Positions 11,601-18,114 of a stretch of DNA of 60,779 nt are shown piece after piece. A program made the translations under genes and the position numbers. Location: assembly GCA_029250345.1 (NCBI GenBank), contig JAQXFL010000016.1, forward strand, positions 1 to 60,779. The letters are read 5' to 3'. The notes under the pieces are model-generated. The model did not search any database. It was given only the letters and a program-made list of their open reading frames with translations, and was not told the origin of the DNA. The stretch comes from Candidatus Poseidoniaceae archaeon (GTDB lineage Archaea > Thermoplasmatota > Poseidoniia > Poseidoniales > Poseidoniaceae). Within the stretch, counting starts at the first letter, position 1. Every line of letters starts with the position of its first letter.

Positions 11601-12194
11601 ATCGCTAAGGGTGACACACGATCTCAAATGTTTACAGCATTCGCTCCAGAAGATTTCGATTCTGGATCGAAGGTCGTCACCGTCACCGTCACCAGCGAAG
11701 ACGGTTTGACTACCGATTCCTTCGATGTGGAAATTGTCAAGGCGAGCATCGAACTTTCTGTCGACCAGGATGATATCAAAGAAGTTTCAAATCTTTACGC
11801 TAACCGAGCTGGCAAATTGATTATACCGATCCAGAACAGTGGATTCTTGGGCAGTGATGATATCGTTGTTTCTGTAAATATTCAAGGTGGTCGAAGCCTG
11901 GGTGCTCAAACCGTTTCGATCGACCCTGAGGGAATGACAAACGTCACTTTCGACATGGAGGCTTCAGATGCATCGGGTACTGTACGGTTTGATGTGCGTA
12001 TTGAAATTGTTGGCGAAGACAGTGAATTCACCGACAATGCTGTTGATGAGTTCGATTTCAAGATCGAGTATCAAATAGATGAATCAACTGACGATTCCAA
12101 CTTGTTTACCATTGTCATCGCAATTCTTGGAGTATTGGTGCTCTACGGTGGTGTTCGCATCTCCCGACGCAGCAACAAGGGCTCACGTTTCTGA
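2637..12194 (+). CDS. aglB: Giant oligosaccharyltransferase (AglB/STT3) with extra N-terminal membrane domain, long C-terminal carboxypeptidase-regulatory/Ig-like repeats and C-terminal TM anchor
   Basis: STT3 motifs GSDPWY, ADHD, TVAE (TIXE-like), SWWDYG (5502-5516) and DNFQ, with a multi-TM STT3 core. Repeated ISGQVT/TDEDGNFS-type beta-sandwich segments follow, then a terminal hydrophobic helix and basic tail. Start placed at ATG 2637 after GAGGG (the track starts at 2517). Confidence 0.9.
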   Translation: MEQITGTKSTAPAAPLGWLIAPLAVLLALAAIKLVGIDFELTADNLAPMLIVGAAGILGLVPSMLDQSNSASVSKATLSLSTLAVALIGAVAIYMLDNGAFSGLLFAFVTFGVHFMSSRGRHELATIIVFIAMGANVGIFIASDALTTLPEIYNLAPEGEPQSLVSTLNLKNQAVGYLFFSHLTVFTLVGVLVATFARGVLTPVGESGWFSFLNSDTSSKFNKNNLPLQIALTVWALAHIGSLWHFETVSVADKLGITSAADYHGIVGYWQAFFTGMVAVVVAGMFSERWHTRAMTLGSLWTLYVVSSWYDAGMFSMDLLEGNWGSLIWLGLTFFIGVGIYSISTHETWGGWVNRDDHEYSGARKFWNQHWSSVMIGLAFFFGLVIRTQWYVVPSMNAFGTGNWDMTGGSDPWYMKRVVDYILANNAHMIFDADRSYPIGGINPRPPIFTWSIAVVATLLEPFFSNGDAVWWAILSLPAIYGALTILPVAYIAREHINEKAAVVAAWLIAFMPAHVSHTTWALADHDAFIMLFITLGFMFWLRAVKYAGSERLLRSSSPSAMAFVNAFTAVAQERRAALSAAVLAGVSFGIVSLGWKGFVVGPSIIFLAYAAQVALNMFRRRDSTTLNVLFLTMLSVNFLMALPFYGHPQIDLMLDGTGLQPFLFIAIFTIAISFVTTGFRDKPWLLVLGVLAGAGTVFFIVLWLLKEANLSNAWDVLFTGSGYFTKTKIFGTVAEANAPNRGQLFAQFGPITFVLSLIMGILCIWSALRDRKQTKLVFGVWILAASFMAWTAARFMFNATPAIAVLGAWGIVSLWKWANWEGMVKTWKKMGIRSPEDRIRGARKALWRTPSFSAIMLVMIMLFGQQFTYGLDAAIPSSNNAEDDIDETIYNLIPDAFRWEIGGFSLLDDSTYDGNWYLGSFGSGFNDNGWNSAYEWLAEQDQDMKYSERPAFVSWWDYGFQALDTGEHPSVSDNFQTGISATGNMLLARSQEDLVSMFIWQLGQGDLTYNEAKTGNLEFTNGYQNIVGSYLTDEQMDILNDVSTDVDTDERVSFLKLNSYQVYRTNEDTVLARGYHHTDGVFDESTQYWRVYDEGERILCTDSLSTTCVDGDWSSEAEAENTFSNNIRTGNDNINRVSHYIIGDYWYTADLVEEYGSVSTNLHRSNARLALTVQLLSNSLDSGEIIDMYDELINMEGYYTVQDYDGAPGETIDRDHEIRYYAIDNRLYPRAGRYTADMNYNQGQPMGIFGAPTILSGQDITTYMDEVYETIRGDFPDEMTRAEVDEAITQDFLNQQSGADIDPLQVQDVRVDHNSAFFDTMLARSYVGYGASTLGVDAGSSNPQPAQHFGQSGSPGSILSQGLPLPGAMTNHFVISNWYSPEANSSVTAEEQTVGISSTNTLVKILKYYSGAEISGQVTMSDNGLPLPGVRLLIERDAFSGEGADDLDPDTYWVPIGFTDADENGRWSFDAPAGRIRVSAYAGDYDPTLAQDNIRSGAFSQGLGDILTETNDDRVINDISAILGEVANMSWLGENQHNITAEQADSNAPVSADFNIAVESSGISGQVTWSGHESFDGDALVSTDFILRNIWSLTDNYTLTTTNGSFTSADSRILQGSGEATFVENGTFESEGVAFADDFTGTFTRSIGDKRVYTSNGTWDGKGTLVASWIAEDNVLDCLDNETAPMPENSTVCIQDSTTSPLTYLLDGAVEANGRLTSDGISTLVTEHVGDSFEATGSFEGTGTLNGTGLFIGTGSFSGEMVQPGSFYLTGLVPGVYNMIAQLDNGKEVLLPDPVNVGISPSYDLAMTMPGSIFEDTLQDFYEEKLVNEVIEWVDVDLGMDSLVEIHTDEDGNFSYGPIASGEYFYRVDIDSDGWYELNETIYARGESENFSLAMDVPEMYDISLQLTSPVDPQTQTAYADVSQRVVTFTNSDPLFGPLNATSDETGMVYIELPMGAYTISDESGDDYILFDFVELNNEDVAMSSAYAIATYVNGSIRAPDGGLFSAEYTYADWAAQEAVYKLEQSQPASGLEVNFVANDLSFSTTVETDGNFSMRLPSGNTFHMTAISLVSQMSSGQLVVLGGDAEIDIGLMYLEPTVATLGLVYLYDNSSLWDGLVPGYAAQEVVATDSTGLEWRTTIDDQGGFAFSLQPGDWDFTVDEELLNSTTVTDYAILDNEGIAPNSVELFVSPEPLTIVLNVFMNSGGDGIFANGTGVSPAFSLIPLNNHGQQYNFTTSDYTATGNISVVLEPGLYSIDFNETSADDENATDYNLLGDSTFETMIVGIEAYEEAVSFALRNEYLVTGQLTNSSGEGVEKQFLLRNDADDLWHNIASDVNGSFASYVPAGEWVAIVAPFSASNDSMETYREAFTVSEDSSLRTGLNFTSIEVVTVNFQVQELNTDSNMSDVRITLVSHDGFGNITLSKSDQFGNVSETIMPGTWSMFLNQTEPQRQWSLDTFDTPFTTDNAVDGVLELGIVSPELMVEIGGKVFWDLNDDDIPGGTEGVANTTVSITGFNNTAIDTNVTTDEFGVWSLFVPIQDEYQVSVSKEGFSTEVYNVSNTSAYPVYAAPESYDIEMTAGNVTVSGNVTDINDAERLNGSIVTLYPTSGMAGETIVVESQFDNEVLTWSAVISPGEWIVVVTEANPGENGGGVAIGLLDASISDGATLDLEMSLGGWLDLSTSWTDIKLDEYHAGSSSDGWIYMNETAVVTMTIGDDLEWDLPVGEDGTISVLMPASEIEMDSSFITIQHDLQLEMEYIGGAVTQVAEGRSPVSLSYTRSINSDTSISMVEGSVTGATVDSEVAFTAIEEEEGYQQIEFELELNYEGTETVQVFDVLGQILVSPDEADWTIEFKNGSTYEDSYQVSLGIGNSTNDTSVQSTATVGVRITVANQSAAWHLEDPHTLKVRMLTDSTPSSEISVTVQVPQIYGLETSDEDESVGIGAGGSSMFGFVLENTGNGDDSYTIELSDNIPEGWEVTPMSSVITIAKGDTRSQMFTAFAPEDFDSGSKVVTVTVTSEDGLTTDSFDVEIVKASIELSVDQDDIKEVSNLYANRAGKLIIPIQNSGFLGSDDIVVSVNIQGGRSLGAQTVSIDPEGMTNVTFDMEASDASGTVRFDVRIEIVGEDSEFTDNAVDEFDFKIEYQIDESTDDSNLFTIVIAILGVLVLYGGVRISRRSNKGSRF

Positions 12195-12250
12195 TTTCAG
12201 ACAACCCATTATATCCAGAGTTCCAAATGAACTCGTGTAGGGGGGTCGGA

Positions 12251-13483
12251 ATGGAAGGGCTTGACAACGTAGAATTGCTCCCAGAGCCTAATGATTCACG
12301 CATACTTTCTGTTGTTGATTCTGCAGTTGTAGGCTTCCAAGACCAGTGGCGGTCAGAAGTCACTGGTTGGGCTCCAATGCAGGCCGTGCCAGTCCCTCGG
12401 ATACGTCGTCGTAAGATGCTCGTCACCAATGGCGTCGCCTTCTCTGTTCTTGTTATACTGATGCTCTATGTTTGGAATTCGGGATTGCTCTTTCTTGAGA
12501 TTCCTCCACCAAAGTCTGAATGGGCCATCGAACAGTCCCAATTTGAGGATTTGACCGATATGGGTCTGTCTGGTGAAGGCGTTCGGGTCTGTATGGTTGA
12601 CACTGGAATAGATCTCAGTAACCCTGCATTTTCAAATCTACAAGTTACCTTCAAGGACATGATAGGTGCTTCAACTTCTCCAGTTGACTACGGTTACGTT
12701 GCCCACGGTACGTTGATGGCAGGCATTCTTGTCTCGAACGATCATCAACTTGGTGTAGCACCAAATGTTGACCTTGCGATGGTTGCAGCTCTCGGTGCAG
12801 ATGAGGATGACATGAACAGCGGTTCAGAAGACACAGTTGCACGTTCAATTCGCTGGTGTCAAGATGAATATCAAGCGCACATCATATCTCTCTCTCTTGG
12901 TGGGGAGCAAAACGTTGAGATGCACACCGAGGGAAGCAGTGTTTCTGCGGTGCGAAGGGCTGTTGACTCAGGTATTTTCGTCGTCGCTGCGGCAGGTAAC
13001 GATGGTGGTGGGAGCGATGACGGTTTGGTATCTGTTCCCGGTAATGTCCCTCGAGTCATAACAGTGGGTGCATCTACAGAGTCTCAAAGTGTATGGGCAA
13101 ACTCATCTTCAGGGTCACAATCTTTACTGAACGGTGAACAACGCCAACATCCCCACATGAAACCTGAAGTGATTGCTCCTGGTGAAAACATCATCAGCAC
13201 AGGTGTAGGCGACACGTGGTTTTCCAGCAGTGGCACATCAGATTCCACGGTATTTGTTACTGGTGCGCTATCGCTTCTTCTCGAGGCGTTCCCTGAATAC
13301 AAGGCAACATCAGATTCAGACGGATCGTGTATCGATGCAGTCAAGAACGCTCTCATGGAATCTGCGCTGAAATACGACGATACTGCAACGCATGATAACC
13401 AATGGGGATACGGTCAATTACAGGCTTTGGACTGGTATTCTTACCTTGAAGTTCAATCACCTGTGTGCTCGTTTTCCGAATAA
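12251..13483 (+). CDS. S8 (subtilisin-family) serine protease with N-terminal membrane anchor
   Basis: VCMVDTGID (Asp), HGTLMAG (His), AAAGND (oxyanion Asn), KPEVIAPG and SGTSDS (Ser). The TM segment GVAFSVLVILMLYVW precedes the catalytic domain. Confidence 0.9.
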   Translation: MEGLDNVELLPEPNDSRILSVVDSAVVGFQDQWRSEVTGWAPMQAVPVPRIRRRKMLVTNGVAFSVLVILMLYVWNSGLLFLEIPPPKSEWAIEQSQFEDLTDMGLSGEGVRVCMVDTGIDLSNPAFSNLQVTFKDMIGASTSPVDYGYVAHGTLMAGILVSNDHQLGVAPNVDLAMVAALGADEDDMNSGSEDTVARSIRWCQDEYQAHIISLSLGGEQNVEMHTEGSSVSAVRRAVDSGIFVVAAAGNDGGGSDDGLVSVPGNVPRVITVGASTESQSVWANSSSGSQSLLNGEQRQHPHMKPEVIAPGENIISTGVGDTWFSSSGTSDSTVFVTGALSLLLEAFPEYKATSDSDGSCIDAVKNALMESALKYDDTATHDNQWGYGQLQALDWYSYLEVQSPVCSFSE

Positions 13484-13529
13484 AGGCTGTACTAAGCCGT
13501 ATTTTGTGTGCACCACCTTCTGCACATTT

Positions 13530-13597
13530 TGATACTATGGTCGGTATATGATATTTTAACACCCTGCAAGATGATATTTTTGCCAAGTTTTGATATT
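13530..13597 (+). promoter_or_regulatory. Four direct repeats TGATA(T/C)T in an AT-rich intergenic region; candidate operator array
   Basis: TGATACT at 13530 and TGATATT at 13549, 13572 and 13591 (spacing 19/23/19). Confidence 0.4.
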
Positions 13598-13666
13598 CTT
13601 AAACTGACGATTGAGGCGCAGTATTATATTCTTGTTGACTATGGGGGAAGAACAGAGGTGTCTATT

Positions 13667-16600
13667 TTGAAGAACACAACATCGCACAAGAGTATATCGC
13701 TGGTCGCACTCCTTTTGCTTTCAACGCTAACAGGGCTTATCGCTATCCCAACTGCATCTGCAGTGAACGAAACCAAGTCTGGAATCATAACCGGGACTGA
13801 AACTTGGACTGGAACTATGAATCTTAACGGCGACATTGTCGTTGCAGAAGGTGCGAAGCTTGTTGTCAACGCCGGAACAGTGATCAATATCCCTTACGGT
13901 TACTACATTGATGTCGAAGGTGCAATCTGCATCGGTGACAGTGCTTGTGGCGCAAGTTCTGGTTCAGCAAGCAATCAAGCCCGATTCATCTGGTCGTCTC
14001 CGACCGATTACACCATTCAAGGGCGATGCTACTCCAACAGTTCCAGCAACCCAAATTACAACAGCGATACTGCTTGCGGTTCGGGTATGATTATTCGCTC
14101 GACAATTGACCAGGCGATTACTTCGATCAAGTATGCACACTTTGAAAACGCATACGGCCATCCTTTCGAAACCAATCAAGTGAGCGGTATGCAATACGGT
14201 GCTTTGGTTTTCGATGGTTCGTCAACTTCTGCACAGGGTCTTTCGTTTGCGAATATCAATACCTCGAACATCATGGCGATTGACCTTGCTGCGCCAAGTA
14301 TCTCAGATTCTACCTTCACCCTCGGTATCGATGGAAACGGATACGATGCAGCAGCAGTTCGTGCTTACGGAGCTGGAGCAGGTATTTTGGCAACAATGGA
14401 GGTCACAAATTCTGTTTTCACAGGGGACACCGCAGCAGAATGTGGTAACGACGGACGTAGCCTCATATATGTCGAAAGTTCATATGTAGATTTCTCTGAT
14501 CTTGACATCAAGGATAACTCCTATGGATTCTTCATGAAAGAAAGTTCTGGATCAATTACTGACTCGGTTATCAACGTGAAGTGCAGTGGAATCGACACAA
14601 ACTCTCACAAAGTCACGGGCACAATCAACCACACCCTTGTCATCAACGACAACACGATTACTACCGCAGATGGTTCTGGAATCACAGCCTATGACGGAGC
14701 GATTGTCGTTGCTGAGCGCAACACTATTTCCGGCGCAGCGTCAGGTTCTGGTTTTGGTATCCGCTCCTCAACAGTCACTGCTAACAACAACATCATCGGC
14801 CCAATCGGAGGCTGGAACGGATTGTGGATTTACGGAACATCCGATGTTGTTGCTGAGAACAATACCATCCAGGACACTGCCAAAGAAGCAGTTCTCATTG
14901 GTGAATACCATTATCTCGATCAGGGGTGGAATGTCCCAACACCAACCGCATCCCGTCTTTATCTTGCCAACAACCAAATTTCGAACAACACCGGTGTCTG
15001 TAACTCTCAAATGTACGATGGAGACTTCCAATGCCCTGCAATTCACGTGTTCATGTCTTCAGCAACCCTGTATGACAACACCGTCACGAACAACGGTGGA
15101 GACGGCATGAGAATCAAAGCAAGCATCGTCAACGCTCAACGAAACACCATTGAAGTCTCTGGATTTGCGGCGAACGTCTCGTTGTTCGACGATAACTACG
15201 GTAACAAGTACGGTTCAATTGCCTACTTCTCCGAGAACACATACACGAATGCGACACAGGTCTACAACATCACCGAGTCCCGTGTTACAGTTCAGTCTGA
15301 ATACATCCCAGATGCAGGCGGTAACGAACTGTATCCTGTTCAAATGAGCTGGCTTGGCCCTGAATGTCCATATGTTCAGGATGAATGTTTGCAAGTCCCT
15401 CCTACTGCAATTATGCCTCCGGCCTTCATGCCATTGGCTCTCGAAGTAGTTGATAATTCCACAGTGTTCTCCTACGCAAACCTGCAGAACTTTGATTCCT
15501 CTAAGATACACGTTCAGAACCAAAACTCCGCCTGGGGTAGCCAAGTCCGAGAGGGAGAACTTGTTCGATACCAAGTGAAGGCCCAAAACAGCAACGTCGT
15601 TGACGCAACTGTTGTTATCCGCGATGCATCTGGACTACCGCTTTACACACTCACCACCGATGCGTTTGGGTTCACTCCTGAGGTTTCACTTCCATCCGAC
15701 TTCCTCCTCGACCGTAACTGGAATCACAATGTCGGTGAAACGAATGTCCAGATTCCTGGTGTCCTTGATTCTGAAGGCAACCCAGTCTTCATCGACGAAA
15801 ACTCCTGCGCCGATGGATACGATAACGACGGAGATACCAAGGTTGACTCCGAAGATGGAGACTGTACTGGTGGCCGCGAGTTGCCTTTCTACACCGTAGA
15901 AGCGTACAAATTCGGAAAGGGTCAGAAGGATTTCAATTTCGTTCTCAGTGGAGGAATCGACGATGTGATTAACCTCGTGAACCTGAAGCCGAGCGTCACC
16001 GTTACTCAAAACGATGGATACTCATTTGCCACGACTGCCACTCTAAGCGGCGGTGCATGGGATGGAATTTCCGGACCATATGCGCTCGATCAAATCGCTT
16101 ACGACAATCAATTCGGTGTCATTAAGCGTGTGGAAATCCAACCGCCAGGCTCTACCGATTGGTACAACGCCATTGACACCTCGGGTGCGAATGGGATGAT
16201 TTCGATGTCGACACATCCTTACAAGACATGGTCGTTTGAATGGGATTTGTCAGCACATCCAGAAGGTGAGGGCGACGTCACCTTCCGTGTCCGTTCATAC
16301 GACGGGTTAGATTACTCTCCTGTCGAAGTACGAAAGTACAAACTGAATCTCGTGGCTCCGACAACTCTTGTGAATTCGCCTGCTGATGGCACATCGCATA
16401 CCAACGGCAAAGTGACTTTCACTGGTACTTCCAGCGATCCGTATTCCGGAACATGGGGCAGCGATATCAAATCCATTTGGTTCGATATCAATGGTCCAAA
16501 CGGTTACACCGCAAATTTCGATGTGTCTGGTTCTACTGCATGGGCATACGACTGGATTTTCCAAGAATTGCAAACTGGGCAGTATGATTTCCGCATTTGG

Positions 16601-18055
16601 GCTTCAGACAGTGATTTCTGCAACACGAAATCCAGCTGGGTTGATTGTGAACACGAAACTCGAAGCATCAACATCAATACCGATAACGCAATTCCTTTCG
16701 TTCAACTTAGCGAGCCACTGAATTCTGATATTCTTCGAGCCAGTGAAACTCAACTCATTCAAGGTGTAGCATTGGATAACGATGGACTGGTCACTCGTGT
16801 CGAGATTTCAATCTTTGATCTCGCAAGTGGTGCTACTGTCAATAACGGTCCGAACCCTGTGACAAACTTTGCTCCGAACGGTGCATGGTACACAACTTGG
16901 GATACATCCGACCTCATCCATGACCAACAATATGAATTGGTCATCAAAGCATGGGACGGCAAGGACTTTTCGAATGAGGAGCGAATCCGCATCACAATCG
17001 ATAATCCAACTGATGCAAACAATCTCGTTCCAGAATTCAACTCAACTGGCTGGTCGAGTACTATTACTTTGTTCTGTGACTCAAACCCGACCAAGCTCGA
17101 CCGTTGCAACGGTGGAATCAACGTTGACTTGATGGATTACTTCTCAGACCCAGATGGTGTTGAAGACGGTAAAACCGATGGGCTGAACTTCGATATCTAT
17201 GACGATCCTACCAACTTGGATGATGATTTCTACGGCGATTACCTTACTCTTTCCGATAAGGGAGTTGTCAGTTATGACCCTGCATTCGTTACCGGCCTTT
17301 CCAACGATGTTTCAGAATGGTCACTCGTTGGTCTCATGTTTGTGGCTCGTGACGCTTACGATTCAGTCGCTTACTCCTACAAGGTGAACGTCGTAGTCGT
17401 TGAAATCTCATTCAGCGTCGTTCGAGACAACTCTGGACCTCTTGGGCCAGACTCCCCTGCATATTTCAGCGGCCAAGGTTTGCCGAACAGTCTAGTTGAG
17501 GCTCGGTTTGACAGTCTCAAGGGTGTTCGAATTAACCAAACCCGTGTTAATGCAGATGCAACTTGGACAATGGAAATTTCAAGCAGTCAGCTTTCTGGCA
17601 TGGAAGGAACAAGCAACATTATCTTTGAGATGGATGATCAGGTCTATTCAGTCCCTGGTGAAAACACAAACGCTCTCTTCCAACTCAGTGTTGGTGATGG
17701 TTCTGAATCCAATTCCAACGTCTGGATGATTGTCGGTGCTGTATTCGGAATCATTGTATTGTTAGGTGCTGGTATGTTCTTCTTCCAAGTCGAATACGAT
17801 GACATGGATGAACTTGCCGAAATGGCACAAGCCGAACAAGAGGCTGCATCAGCAGACCCTTACGCATGGGCCAAGGCTCGACAAGAACCGGTAGGCATTC
17901 CTGCCGCTACCGTTGCCACGACTCCGGTCGCTGCTCAAACAGTGGCAGCAGCAGTTCAACCTGCGGCCCCACAGGCATCTCAGCATCCGGGATGGATTTG
18001 GGATTCGGAGTCCAACAACTGGGTTCCAGATCCAAACTACACTCCTGATCAGTGA
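13667..18055 (+). CDS. Large secreted, C-terminally anchored right-handed beta-helix (pectin-lyase-like) protein with Ig-like domains
   Basis: Signal peptide (ISLVALLLLSTLTGLIAIPTASA); PbH1-like repeats (NNTI/NNII/NTVTNN..DG); Ig-like repeats (P.V....P..G, W...WD); C.DG.DNDGD..VD..D.DC motif at ~15806-15865; TM near the C-terminus. Start placed at TTG 13667 after a GAGGTG SD. Confidence 0.8.
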   Translation: MKNTTSHKSISLVALLLLSTLTGLIAIPTASAVNETKSGIITGTETWTGTMNLNGDIVVAEGAKLVVNAGTVINIPYGYYIDVEGAICIGDSACGASSGSASNQARFIWSSPTDYTIQGRCYSNSSSNPNYNSDTACGSGMIIRSTIDQAITSIKYAHFENAYGHPFETNQVSGMQYGALVFDGSSTSAQGLSFANINTSNIMAIDLAAPSISDSTFTLGIDGNGYDAAAVRAYGAGAGILATMEVTNSVFTGDTAAECGNDGRSLIYVESSYVDFSDLDIKDNSYGFFMKESSGSITDSVINVKCSGIDTNSHKVTGTINHTLVINDNTITTADGSGITAYDGAIVVAERNTISGAASGSGFGIRSSTVTANNNIIGPIGGWNGLWIYGTSDVVAENNTIQDTAKEAVLIGEYHYLDQGWNVPTPTASRLYLANNQISNNTGVCNSQMYDGDFQCPAIHVFMSSATLYDNTVTNNGGDGMRIKASIVNAQRNTIEVSGFAANVSLFDDNYGNKYGSIAYFSENTYTNATQVYNITESRVTVQSEYIPDAGGNELYPVQMSWLGPECPYVQDECLQVPPTAIMPPAFMPLALEVVDNSTVFSYANLQNFDSSKIHVQNQNSAWGSQVREGELVRYQVKAQNSNVVDATVVIRDASGLPLYTLTTDAFGFTPEVSLPSDFLLDRNWNHNVGETNVQIPGVLDSEGNPVFIDENSCADGYDNDGDTKVDSEDGDCTGGRELPFYTVEAYKFGKGQKDFNFVLSGGIDDVINLVNLKPSVTVTQNDGYSFATTATLSGGAWDGISGPYALDQIAYDNQFGVIKRVEIQPPGSTDWYNAIDTSGANGMISMSTHPYKTWSFEWDLSAHPEGEGDVTFRVRSYDGLDYSPVEVRKYKLNLVAPTTLVNSPADGTSHTNGKVTFTGTSSDPYSGTWGSDIKSIWFDINGPNGYTANFDVSGSTAWAYDWIFQELQTGQYDFRIWASDSDFCNTKSSWVDCEHETRSININTDNAIPFVQLSEPLNSDILRASETQLIQGVALDNDGLVTRVEISIFDLASGATVNNGPNPVTNFAPNGAWYTTWDTSDLIHDQQYELVIKAWDGKDFSNEERIRITIDNPTDANNLVPEFNSTGWSSTITLFCDSNPTKLDRCNGGINVDLMDYFSDPDGVEDGKTDGLNFDIYDDPTNLDDDFYGDYLTLSDKGVVSYDPAFVTGLSNDVSEWSLVGLMFVARDAYDSVAYSYKVNVVVVEISFSVVRDNSGPLGPDSPAYFSGQGLPNSLVEARFDSLKGVRINQTRVNADATWTMEISSSQLSGMEGTSNIIFEMDDQVYSVPGENTNALFQLSVGDGSESNSNVWMIVGAVFGIIVLLGAGMFFFQVEYDDMDELAEMAQAEQEAASADPYAWAKARQEPVGIPAATVATTPVAAQTVAAAVQPAAPQASQHPGWIWDSESNNWVPDPNYTPDQ

Positions 18056-18114
18056 AGCATCTTCTGCTCGCAGGAGCGGAAGTGTTGAAGAGTAGAAAAA
18101 CGCGAGGTAAGGAT

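Noticed and set aside
4187..11617. Numerous 60-210 aa ORFs antisense or out of frame within aglB, and likewise inside the other long genes
   Set aside because: These are expected shadow ORFs given this codon usage; they show no motifs or start signals.
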